64,000 nucleotides of DNA from Azolla caroliniana (lineage: Eukaryota; Plantae; Polypodiophyta): positions 13,020,001-13,084,000 of the forward strand of contig JBHGNT010000009.1 of the NCBI GenBank assembly GCA_043228905.1, read 5' to 3'. The position numbers and the translations under genes were made by a program. The number at the start of each line of letters is the position of its first letter. Position 1 is the stretch's first letter. The notes beneath the pieces were generated by a model. It was not told the origin of the DNA and did not search any database. It saw only the letters and a list, made by a program, of their open reading frames with translations. Below are positions 11,300 through 24,041 of the stretch, one piece after another.

Positions 11300-11760
11300 C
11301 TCCCCTTGGTTGGTTGTTTCCCACTACTTTAGATGTGTATCGATTCTTCTCCTTAGTTATTTTAAGGGAAGGTTCTATGATTCATCATTGACTTTCATAA
11401 GATGGCTTTGGAAGTCTATAGAATCATTCATAAGGACATCTTTGTTTTTCTCATGGTTCAATTGTATAGTGAGAAACTACACCAAACTCGATTTGTCTTG
11501 ACTCCGAACCTTGGCATAAATCAAATAGTTGTCAAACACCTTTGTTTCTATTCAAGTTGTCATAATGTAAGAGTCTTTGGGGATGACAGAATGAGATGGT
11601 GACTCTTGCACAAAGAAGTGTTGGTTCAGTTCAACGTCACCAATCTTGACTTTCATGTAAGGCATGCTCCATGGAGTTCTTCCATGGCTCTTGTTGCCAC
11701 TTGAATCTTCCACCCATGTTATGCACACATAACGTAGGTGAGGGTAGGTCACTAATATTT
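11300..11760 (-). pseudogene. Highly degraded Gypsy protease-region relic
   Basis: The peptide MKVKIGDVELNQHFFVQE resembles Gypsy protease C-termini. Boundaries are uncertain. Confidence 0.4.
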
Positions 11761-14700
11761 AAATAAGTGAAGGGTATATTCACTAATACTAGAAAGGGAC
11801 TAATGTGATTGCCAGATAGAAGGAATAATAGGTGCATGCACTATCATGATCTTGACAACCATTGAATGGAGAGTCTTTTAGAAAGACACATCTATTCAAG
11901 GGGCCTAGGTAGATGTATAAATATGATGCCTAACTACCCTTATAAAACACGTTACATGGGACGACTGTTGTCTTAAGACACCGGTGGTGCAGGCTAGGCT
12001 TTTGTTGCAACGATCATGTTATCTATTCCAAGGTATTAGTCATCCTAATATTCGGCGGTATGGGACATCAGTGGTAGGTTGGATATGTCTTGATCATAGC
12101 TTGGGGGTGGTTGGGTGGAACGGGTTATTCTATCCAATCTATTTACCTTATTTTACTTTATTTCAATATATTGATTAGTAATAGACTCGTAACAGTGGTA
12201 TTAGGGCGTTTACTAACAATTTTGTTTTTGTTTTTTTGATGTTTTGGTGTGAGCAAGGGATCTAACAATGCTCGTCATGCACTGCTCAACATTCAAAACT
12301 CGATATTTTTCTTTCTTGATCTCTTTCTTCTTTTCTATGAGGCGTTATTCTTGGTCGAATAAAATTTACGTTATGATTTCTTTTCTTTCTTTCTTCTTTG
12401 CGTTTGCATGACATATTTTGTATTGTGTGTGATGATACCTACAATAAAAATTATTATTGTGAATGGGCCCAAGTGTGTTTGCAATAATCGCACACGTGCC
12501 ACTTATGGCTGTTTTGCATATTGCATTGTGGATGCCACTCTCCCCTCTATTGAGCCATCTCTTGGTCGATTCTATGGGATGTTGTGATCTTGATGAGGTG
12601 CATGTTGACTACCCTAGGGCTTCTTACCTTAGGGCATGCTTAATGTTCCATACACCTGTTTGATTATTATTATTATTATAATTACTTTCTAATTACACAA
12701 TTTATCTTTCCACTTTCTTAAGTTTTCTTGTAATTGCCATCTACCCACCCACACAACTCACTTTTTTACCCTTAATTTTCATGTTTCCTCTACACTATTT
12801 ACATACCTTTACCTATGGTGTAATGATTCCATGTAGACTATTTTTTCGTATTAACTAGGCTTCATGCCGCCTTTTGAATACTTTTTTCAAATTGTCATCT
12901 AGGTTAAGTCATGTCATCGAACCTTAGAACTCGTTTCAAAACACAGGAGTTCACCTATGGTGTTTTTTCCCATAGATTTGAGTACTACATCTTTGCATAC
13001 AACACCGCATGATTTGTATCAATTAGTGGCCTTATGTCCGCAATTGTAAAAATCACTATCACAATATTTGGATGGATATGTGCATACATTGCACCATCCA
13101 TTTATTTGTGCCATTTTTTTAGTCATTTTTTGAACCTTGTTTTCATCACTACTTGACTATATAGGTTGTGACTTATTTTTGTCTCTTTTTCATAACATTG
13201 GCTTGTAACTCACCACTTGCAAGTGCACTTTTTTTTGCATGTAATACAATTTCTTGACCATACCAATACATGTTGGGTTGGCAATTTAATATAAGGATAA
13301 CTAGGAAATTATATTGATGTTAGAACCATGGTTGAGCCTCGGGGAGCCACCATGATTATTCAAGATAGAGATTCGAGAAATATATTTTAGCCATGTTTTC
13401 CCCTATGGTTTTCAAAAAACTGTAGTGTTACTATAGTTATCGAATCTCAAATCACATCTCATGTTGTAGAGGGGTAAAAACGTGAGATACTTTCTTGGAT
13501 ACTGTTCTTCCAATCAAAATTTCAAGCATTCATTTTGCTTACGTATTTTTTGAACCTCATTATTATTGCGTACACACTACTTGCATCATGGACCAAAATT
13601 TGAACATTATTGGAGTGATATCTTTGACCGAGTCCTCTCAACTAAAGTCGACAGGCTGAGATCACTATTAAAAAATTACTCACTACTACTTTGAATCAAT
13701 TGGTCGAAGTGCGGCAAGCCAATATAGCTTTGGAAAAGAAATTCCAAGAATTGATTATTGAGTCCGAGAAAGAAGGTGAAACTTCTTACATAGTCATGCC
13801 ATTTAAGGGAGATAAGAAAGAAGGAACCAAGGAGGCCATTAGCAATTGGCTCGATCATGAGTTAGGTGGCTGAGCTATTGCTTGGTGGCACAACTTGAGG
13901 ACTGCAAAGAACTTACCCACAACTTGGGAAGGTTTCGTCGATGATTTCAAGAAAGGGTTCTTGCAGCCACCTTAAACGTAACAAGTGCAACACTTGCTCA
14001 CATTGTCAAGCAAGCCATTTACCTCTCTCGAGGATTATGTGCATCATGCTCAGACCCAGATCCAAAAATGGGGACTTACGGGTGAGAAATGGTTTGTTTC
14101 TTGTTTTTTCAATGGTATTCCCAATGGGGATTACCATTGGATTGTCCATGACAAGAACCACACAACTTTCGAGGAAGTGGTCAACATTGTGCTTCGGTAC
14201 CATAAGACTTCTAAGAAAGACCACAATAAAGTTGAGTTCATCAAAACTCTGAATGTTAAGTTCGTTAGAAACATAAGAAATATAGTGACACGCTTGACCA
14301 CGACTCAAAGAAACCAAACCTCGTCAATATGTATTGCAAGAAGCGGGGCCATAGAAAGGATACTTGTCGTCATCTTGAGAGGAAGTCAACGAACACCCCT
14401 CAAGACAAATCTACAAGTCAAGAGTGTCACCAATTCAAATAGACACCTATATGGAGAAGCTTGACCTTTGCATTATGAAACTGTACTTCGCAGATGTCAT
14501 TTTAGGATACCCTTGGTTTTTTAATGAAAACCCTTCTTTGTCCATTATTTGGGTTAATCACATTTGAACTTAATAATTGTACGCATTTTATTCAATGTTA
14601 CAAACTTCCTTCTCGTTCACTTGTGTCTTACAAATATTTAAGTGAGTATTCTAGTTCATCAATTTATTTGTATTGACGCTACACACTTACCACATTATGA

Positions 14701-15480
14701 ACAACAATTAGTCGACTCTCTTTTAGACAATTTTCAAGACGAGTTTCCTAATAAATTGCTTCTTACTTTACCACCAAAATGTTATGTGGACCATCAGATT
14801 GAGCTCATTCCTAGTGCTACTCCTATGAGCATTCCACCTTATCGATTTAGTTGTTTAGAAGAGGATGAGATTGCAAAAAACGTTAAGGAATCCTTGAGTA
14901 TGGGCCACATTAGGTATAGTAAATCACTTTAGGTTGCACTGATTCTTTTAGTTACTAAGAAGGAAGGTTCATGGTGAATGTGTATTAACTACCGCTGTTT
15001 GAATAAAATGACAATTAAATAAACGTATCCCTTACCTCATGTTGATGATTTGATTGATTGTTTTCATGTGGCTTGATGTTTTACGAAAATTTACTTACGA
15101 ATAGGTTATCATCAGATTCACATTGCCGAAGATGATATTCCTAAAACCCCTTTTCGTACATGTTATGGACATTATAAGTTTTTTGTCATACCCTTTGGAT
15201 TGGTTAATGCTCTGACCACATTCCAACGAGCAATGAATGACGTTTTTTGAGATCAACTCGGTGATTTTGTTGTTGTTTTCTTGGATGCTATTCTCATTTA
15301 TAGCCATACCTTGCAAGACCATGTTCAATATGTTCGATTTGTTTTGCATAAGTTGCATGACAACTCGTTTTATGCAAAACATTCAGAATGTGATTTTTTC
15401 CAGAAATCTATTCTGTACCTAGGTCATTTAATTATGGAAACTAGCTTTGAAATGGAACAGTCTCGTATTACAAATGTTAA
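11760..15480 (+). mobile_element. Degraded chromovirus-like Gypsy element G1 (LTR end 12194, Met-i PBS, long 5' UTR, gag, partial pol)
   Basis: AACA-G-TGGTATTAGGGC at 12191-12207, gag fragments 13588-14464 and RT fragments (LPPK..VDHQIEL, PFGLVNA, FLDAIL, YLGH). Same family as 49658-53544. The left boundary is approximate. Confidence 0.8.
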
Positions 15481-16023
15481 ATTTTGTGTTCATACTCTCT
15501 AGGCAGCACGAGTCGGATACCCAATCATTGAATACCCTTCACCAAAGATTATGGTAGGAGGGATGGTAATAAACATACCACAAGTAAATTAACTAGCCGG
15601 ATCGGCTATCACAATTCTGTTACAAGCACAAAAGGATTCGGCCACTGCCGAATCGACTAATGCACACAACACAGTCCAAATCGGCTAAACAACCAATCAA
15701 CTAATAACAACACAACAATTAGGAACTTGATTAAAACTTAACACATATATAAATGGACAGAAAGGGTAATGCATACACAAAACTCTTATGGGTCAAAGCA
15801 TGCTACGGTGTACCAACTTTTGGCCAAAACTTTAGTACTAATTCCATGTGGAGGAAAAACTTCAAAATGTTGCGCACGACAGAAGCCTCGCCTGAGCGAC
15901 CTCAACACTACCTGTCGTGATCACAAAGGTGATTTTCCACTCTCCAAATATCTTGACGATACGCGGGGAACACGCTCACCACAGTAGCACTGTGGTCTTT
16001 CCCGAGATGCCATAGCCCCCAAC

Positions 16024-19000
16024 ATGGCCTTTGCCTATCCCCGTTTTAACGGCGAAACCGATGCCGCAACTCATATTCGCATGTTCCTCAATGTTTGGAA
16101 TGCAAACCACATGGTGCAGAGCCTTTCTGAGGCGGTATTGCACCAGTCCAAAATGACGGAGTTCGGGTTAACATTGGATGGACGAGCGACATTGTGCCAT
16201 TCACAAATGGATTCGCCAGCAATCATGACCTTTGACCAACTGTAGTCCGCCTTTTTGCGGTTCTTCCATCGGAGGGTTCCACAACGCGAAATCCTCGGAC
16301 AGTTCTACACAATTAAGCAGCTGCCGACCAAGACGATCACAGACTTCAGCTTACGTTTCCAAATATTACGGTGCAAACTAGAACGGAGCCCCGTGGAGGA
16401 CAAGGCTCGGGAGACATTTCTGGCAGCATTACGCTGACCCATACAGACAACACTCAACAACAATAGCGTGAAAGGGGAAACGACGGATATGGTCAATGAA
16501 CGAGCATTACAGACGTGGCGGCTTCAATGGTTATCGTGGGAAGCAACAGCAATATCGGGACCACCAGCGATATGACGAAAGCTCGGGCGACACCAAGAAC
16601 CACGCCGGGACCAACATCAACCACCGCGTACGCTCTGACAGACGAGGCCGGACCGTGAGGAGCAAGTCTCACCGGGGGATCGACACACACCACCAGGAGC
16701 CGAGAAGGGCGAATTGAGCATCAATTGTTTTGTTTGTCAGCAGCCCGGACATTATGCCACGCAATGCCTAGTACGCTAGGGCAAGGGGCCCGCCGTCAAT
16801 ACGATTGCGGCAGAAGTACAGCAAGTCACGACACGCCAACAAACAAAAACGGCTGATTGGGCCGCGCAAGATGAGATACGATGACAAGCCCATGCATGGG
16901 TTGAAAAAACATACGCGACAAATACAGAGCGCATGCGGAAGGAGTCCACAAATACAATGGAGTGAGTGGAGGGCGAAGGACCGACTCTGGACCCCATTTG
17001 GCAAGCACTGACAGGCTGCGAGATAACGTTAACCATGGAGAAGCTACTGCAACTAGTCCCATGCTTCCGCCAGACCATGGAAGAACGGGTGACGAGCATA
17101 CCCGGGGTGAGCGTCGCTACGAACCTCACGGACGTTAGCGACGGACCGTCTGTAGTGGATCACCACAACCCAGCTATTACATTGATATTACACGGACAGG
17201 AAATCCCAGGATGCGTAATCGATGGCGGTTCGGGCGTTAATGTAATTAGCGCGAAAACATGCGAGTAGTTAGGCATTTCAGAATGGGAGGCTTGCCCATT
17301 CTGGCTCCGTATGGCAGATACCCGCTCAGTACGACTATTGGGGTTGATACGCAAGATAGGCATTATCGTGGGAGGACATTGCTTCGACATCTCGGCGGTA
17401 GTCCTCGCCCTGGACGCCCTAGGGGCATACCCTGTGCTACTGGGCAAATCGTGGCTTCGGGCATCAAATATCAAGCAGAGCTGGCAACACAAGTGTATCA
17501 GTTTGCGACCCGGACGCACCAAGGTTCGCGTACCTACGGAGGGAAGCGCAACACAATCCAAGGGTATAACACCATTATACGCGGGCATCAAATATCAAGC
17601 AGAGCTGGCAACACAAGTGTATCAGTTTGCGACCCGGACGCACCAAGGTTCGCGTACCTACGGAGGGAAGCGCGACACAATCCAAGGGTATAACACCATT
17701 ATACGCGGAAGATATAAAGTAGGGTTCTAATTTTGAAATAATCCCAAAGTTGTATGTCTGTATATTCTATTTTCTGAAATTCCAAGTCTTTTTCAATAGG
17801 AAAGGGCTTTGAATCGGCTTCGGAAGACGGAGGCGCTAAATATGCTAGTTGGGGTGGAGGATGCAGAATTAGAGGCATACGTAGACGAGCACCCTCGGAT
17901 TATTCTTTTGTTCGAAATCGACGTCATCGCAACCGCGACAGAATATGCCACGACCACGATTCTCCATGATGAGGCTTACGAACCAAACCCAGAGTCAATA
18001 TTGGAACTAAGCAGAGCACGGGCAGCATTTGAGAGGGAAATGGAAATTTCACGGCGAGTCACCGCCTCCGCCCTCGAAGAAGTAAATGTGGGTACGACGT
18101 CAGAACCCCGTTTTCTCTCAATCGCAAAGGAATTAAGGCCGAACTAGAGAGACGCGATGATCGAACTACTCAAGAAATATAAAGATGTGTTCGCCTGGGC
18201 TCACGAGGACATGAAGGGGTTAGATCTGAAGCTCTATCAACATAAGATCAATTTAGCAACCGACGCAAAACCCGTCCAATAGCGCCGCTACCGCATGAAC
18301 CCGAACTACGCGACCCGCGTAAAAGAAGAAATTCATAAACTCCTAAAGGTGGGATTCATACAGCCAGTTAAACAAGCCACATGGTTAATTCCAATAGTAG
18401 TCGTCCCAAAGAAAAACGGCAAAATATGTGTATGCGTGGATTATCGAAAATTAAACGTCGTAACCATTACGAACGCATTCCCTTTACCATTCACCAATAG
18501 CGTACTGGACGCGTCGCAGGACATGACATGTACAATTTTTTAGATGGCTTCAGTGGGTATAACCAGGTACGCATGCATCCCGATGACCAAGAGAAGACGA
18601 CATTTGTCAAGGACTGGGGATTCTATGTGGCAGTCGTCATGATGTTCGGGCTAAAGACGGCGCCGACGACATTTCAACGAACAATTACAGAGATCTTTGG
18701 GGAATATATTCCGGCGTTCATGCAAGTTTTTTTAGACGACTTTGCGGTATATGGGAAAACAATCGACCATTTTACGTATCTGTAACTATGCCTGGAACGT
18801 TGCCACACCGCACGCTTAAGCCTGAATCCCGCGAAATGTGCCTTCGGTGTGACTAGCGGGACTCTCCTAGGCCATATAGTCAGCAAGGATGGAATAACGG
18901 TCGATCCGAACAAGATCTTCGCGATTACGCAAGACAAAACTCCGACAAACGCGAAATCACTCAGCCGGTTTTTAGGACAAATACGATGGCATAGTCAGAT

Positions 19001-20924
19001 GATACGATACTTGGCGGACTTCGCCACGCCGTTACATGCTGCCGTGCATCAGACTTCCTTCCAATGGACTGCAATGGAGGACAAGGCCTATGAGGCGCTG
19101 AAGATAATGCTCACACAGGCACTCGTCGTACAACCACCAGTTTGGGCGAAGCCATTCCACGTGTTCGTAGACGCCTTGAACATAGCAATAGGAAGTGCGC
19201 TAATGCAGCTCACCGAACCAAATTAGTACTAGCCAGTGTACTATGCTAGTTGCAAATTATCAACAGCCGAGCGTAACTATTCCACAACGGAGTGGGAGGC
19301 GCTAGGGATGATCTATAGCATCAATAAATTCCAGCATTACCTGTTGGGGAGTAAATTCACGTTCCACGTGGATCATTCGGCACTGTTGTATTTGGTGGAG
19401 AAACAATCACTAACGGGGAAATTGGCGCAATGGATGCTGCTGCTTCAAGAATTCGATTTTGTAATTCAGCACCGCCCAGGGACGCAACACGCAGTGGCAG
19501 ATTTTTTGAGCAGACTCGATAATGGAGAAACAGTACATAAGGACGACAACGATTTTCCGGACGCCGACATTTTGTGGGTAGCAGCACTAGCAGAAGGAAA
19601 GGAATCGACCTTTCCGGACTGGTGGCTTATGGAAATGACGTACTTTTTTACTACGGGACTGCCTCCACCACAATTACGCACGGACGAGAAGAAACGATTA
19701 GTCGTTGGAAGCCGTAACTTCTGCTTGTAGAAGGAATTTTATATCACAAAGGAAGTGATGGCATTTGGCGATGCGGGGTATACGTCAGGATGAGAAAGAA
19801 GCAGTCTTACGGGAGGCTCACTACGGCACGTCAGGCGGCCATTACGCGGGCGATGTTACAGCCCGGAAAATATGGCAGGTGGGCCAACTACACAGAAGGA
19901 CGCATACGAGTATTGCAGAAAGTGGGATTTGTGTCAACGGATGGGCCAGCCCACGGAGGGCGCAAGGATGCCACACCAGTCCGTATTACCGTTAGACCCC
20001 TTCCAAAAGTGGGGATTGGATTTTGTGGGCCCCTTCACACCGGCGGTGGCCCGTACGAGCAATAAATACATATTGGTAGCCACGGATTATTGCACCAAGT
20101 GGGTAGAAGCAAAGGCACTACGAGAAAATACGGCAACCGTCACAGGGAGATTCCTTTACGAGCACATCTGGTGTCAGTTCGGCTGTCCGATTGAGCTTAT
20201 CAGTGACCAGTGGAGCCCCTTACTCGATACGGTTCTTTGAGAACTAACACATCATTACGCCGTAGTTCACAAGAAGAGTACACCATATTATCCACAGGCG
20301 AATGGGTTAGCAGAATCCACTAACAAGACGTTGCAGACCATCTTAAAGAAAATAGTCAATGAAAATAGAACGGACTGGGATACCAAATTACAGAGTGCGT
20401 TATGGGCGTATAGAACCAACTACAAAACAAGCATATAGTCAACACTGTTTAGGCTAGTGTTTGGGCTGGAGGCCGTGATGCCGGTAGAATTTCAGCTACC
20501 CAGTTTACGTATTCAGGTACGGGACTGACTATCGGAAGCCAAGTTGGAGGAGGTACGGCTCCACCAGCTACTCGAACTCGGTGAAAAACGCGTACACAAC
20601 ATGGCTGTGTTGGAGCAGGAACAACGATGGCGTAAAGCGTTTGTGGATCGACATCGGAACACACGGGAAAAGGATTTCGCAGTCGGTCGAGCGGTACTGG
20701 TTTTCCAAACCCCCATTGGCCATATGCCAGGGAAGTTACGATTCGGCTGGACAGACCCGTACTGGATAATAGGAGCGGAACAAGGCACGTTCCAACTAGG
20801 CATGCTGGCCGGGGAAGTCTTACGACCAAAGGTGAATGGGTTTCTCCTTAAACCTTACCTAGGCCCTACGTCACCTAACCCATTCACCGCCGGACAGGAC
20901 AAAGCCGGAGAACCCGCGATGTAA
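16024..20924 (+). pseudogene. gag-pol of element B
   Basis: THIRMFLNVWNAN (gag), VIDGGSGVN (PR), DGFSGYNQ and VFLDDF (RT), NYSTTEWEAL (RH), WGLDFVGP (INT). Many stops. Confidence 0.93.
17458..17708. repeat. Tandem duplication, 124-bp period, followed by an AT-rich ~110-bp insert flanked by CGGAAGA
   Basis: GCATCAAATATCAAG occurs at 17461 and 17585. CGGAAGA occurs at about 17706 and at 17821. Confidence 0.9.
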
Positions 20925-21262
20925 GTGGATGGCCCCACTTGTATCATAATGTAAAAATAGGCTGTATGTAACCGTTACGAAAAAAAGAAAAAGAAAAAGA
21001 GAAGATAGCGATGCTATTAAAAAAGGACTGAATGCATGCACAGACTTCTAGATCAAGAACACGTGGCACCACGATGGCTCACCGCCCAATGAACCCTAGG
21101 CCAGAAAATGAAGGAAATAGAGGATCTTCTGCACAAAACAGAAACCCACCTCCTAACTCTTAGCACTCTCATCGCTCCCCTCCCTCACCCTCTCCTCCAT
21201 CCTATCACAGAGCTCAAGCCCACTGCAACCACCAATCTCCTCCCCACAAGCCCACTCTGGCT

Positions 21263-23996
21263 ATGCTGATCTTTATCTCTACCGCCTTACGTCGATGGCT
21301 CGTGGACAAACGCCTGGATGGGTACATCAGGGTCGTAGAGGCACCTCCACACCCGGATGCGTTGGACATCGCCAGAAAGCTCAATATCGACACGGTCACC
21401 AACTCTTCCATTCGGAAAAAGTTGGACCTGTCATCACTAGGTGAGAGGCATTTCGAAATCCCTCCTGTAGAGTCGTTACAGAGATATTTCGGCCCATATT
21501 CCTCCTCCGCCAAGGCCTATAGAACGAAGGAGATCGCGAATCCCTTTTTCCGTGAAGTCGCCAAATTCCTATTAGAGGTCGGATGCATACACGTAAACGC
21601 ATATGGGATGCCCAAGCAGAAGGCAGGTATCATTATTGATACCTTTGAAGGGTGTGAGGTCGATTGGGGAGTCATCACGGGGCCGATGTTAAGGGAAGGC
21701 CTGCATGCGTATCAAGGAGGCAAGAAGCTTAGGCCGATCATACAATAGTACCTGACGGTGCTATTCCCACCTCGAGGCCTGCCGGCACCACAGCCCATCA
21801 GACCCACGCCTCCGCCCTGATCTGCGAGGCGTAGGTTAGCAGAGTTAGCTGCCACAGAGTGGGAGGATGAACCCCAACCCGCCCAGCCAGATACACGGAC
21901 AACGCCGGAAGAGCAGGCGGCGCGCTCCGTGGAAGCGACATCAGAGCCAGACGCCGAACCACGACAGGATAGCCCCAGACCGAAACGATGGAGGTTGGAC
22001 AGGAAAGATGGGCGGGGATTAGTTAAAGACGTACCCACGATGGTAGAGACAATGACTGAAGGCGATGGCTCCGCATCTACGGAGCCCAACACCACCTTCG
22101 AAATAATCCTGGAGCCACGACCGATCATTACGGCCCAGTCACAACGAGGGAAAGCTGTATTGATGGCGGAAAGCGAGGTTTTGGCATATCCGGATATCCC
22201 AGACACGGCCCATGAGTTCAGCGCCCTCTTGCAGTTCGGAACCTCTTTCGAGCTCATGGAATTCTTGGCAACGCAACAGATAAAGGCCTCACAACGAATG
22301 GCCAAGGAGCACACGGAGCGCCAGATGATTGAGTACGCCTTAACACAAACGACGGAGAGCAAAGATGAGGACCGGTTAGCCAGAGTTGGCAGACAGAGGA
22401 ACGCCGGCGTACGCCGTGTGGGGATGGAGCTACCCCCATTAAACACGGCCCTAGTCGAAGTCCATAGGGAACTGGCAAAGGTCAGCACGGGCGCCAAGGA
22501 GATGGCCATTAAAAATAAGAATGTGTGGAAGAAGGTGAAACTGACCCAAGCCGAGTTGCAAAAAGCCAACGAACGCATCGTGGAGTTGGAAACTAACGCG
22601 ACTACGGCGCAATAGGAAACTCCACCACCTAACCACGCCATCACAGCCTTGAAGGAAGAGATTGAGGCTCAGATCGCCATTGCCTCAAAAGAAAAAAGGG
22701 TTGTACAACTAGCGGAATAAAAAATTGATCGCCTTCGCGCTGAACTTCACCAATTCTCAGACAGGGAAAAGGACATCCGGGCCAACGGCCGAAAGCAATA
22801 AAAACCCTTGAAGAGAAACTCGTTGCAGAGGCAGCACAACACACCCAGACAAAAGAAGAAAACGCCGAATTACGGGAAGAAGCGAAGAAATCAGAGGCGG
22901 CAATCGGGGGACTCCGGACCTTATTGGAGAAAAAGAAGGTATGGTTCGACGAGCAGCTGGTGGGCGAATAGGAAAGAAGGCATCAGCTTGAAATCCGCCT
23001 AAACAATGAAATGGGGAAATTAGAAGAACTCCATCCAAAGGAATCCCAGTTGTGGGCAAGCCTGAAGAGCACGTACGAAGAAGCGGTGGCAGTTAGTCAG
23101 CAAGAAATTGCAAACCTCAAGAAGTCGATGGAAGAAGCACGCAACCGTTGCCTGGCCATCACAGACAACGTGCGTATCCTTCTACAAACGAATCGGGAGA
23201 GGTTCACAACGCAATTGAAAATGTTTCTAGGCAAAGGATGGATGGCATGGGCAGCCCAAGCGGCGGAATTGCATGCGTATCGTGCGGACTGGGAGAACCG
23301 GTGAAAAGACGGCCGAGGTTTCCATAAACTCAATGAGGAGAGCATTGCGGCAGTACGCGAGGACCTAACGCAGGACTATCGCATGCTAGAGGATCAACAT
23401 TCCGAAGAACTCGTGCAGCTATTAGATGATTTTGATGAAAGCCAGGAGGAGCTGTTTCACCAGATCACACAAGCCGACAGCACGCGAACAAATGAGGAAG
23501 CCATCCCGACACCAATTCCGGACACTGCCAAAGAAGAGGAACCTCAGGCCAGGTCACCAAAAATTACAACTACGGTGAATAGCGCGGAATGACGAGCGGA
23601 GTCCCCCCCATTACCAGAAAGCGAAACCGCTGCCCAAGAGGAACCCCATCTACCGAACCATACGCTATCGACCGACCACACGGAGAACGTTGCGGACAAG
23701 CGGAACCGCAACCCCACTCCCCAGAGCGTACAATGAAGGCCGACACCACAAAGGAAGTGACGGATGAGATGGAGCCGCGACCGACCACAAGCCCGCTGAT
23801 GGCTCAGCCCAACCCCCTAGCCCAAGAAGAGCCCATAGAACCCGGACCGCCCACACAGGACGATCGTGACACTAGGAGAAGCCTTCCCGATCAAACAGGG
23901 GAACCATACCACGATGCACCTACGGGCCCTACGCTATCCCCGGACACGGACACCGTAGCAGAGCCAAACATCCGGGCCATTTTGGAAGAAGATTAA
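21263..23996 (+). pseudogene. Extra ORF3 of element B
   Basis: LRRWLVDKRLDGYIRVVEAPPH..FGPYS..AYRT..FREVAKFL..FEGCEVDW aligns with ORF3 of A. A coiled coil follows and the ORF ends EPNIRAILEED*. Confidence 0.85.
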
Positions 23997-24000
23997 TGGG

Positions 24001-24041
24001 ATGGGTCCGACGTGCCATGGCACTGTCCTACAGGCTTGCTA
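24001..24041 (+). other. tRNA-Arg 3'-end-like motif with hairpin at the PPT position (element B, decayed)
   Basis: ATGGGTCCGA-CGTGCCATGGCACT-GTCCTACAGGCTTGCTA, 2 nt before the LTR start. Confidence 0.75.

Noticed and set aside
15480-15870. 5' LTR of element B
   Set aside because: No similarity to the 3' LTR at 24044 and no PBS. The origin of this segment is unresolved.
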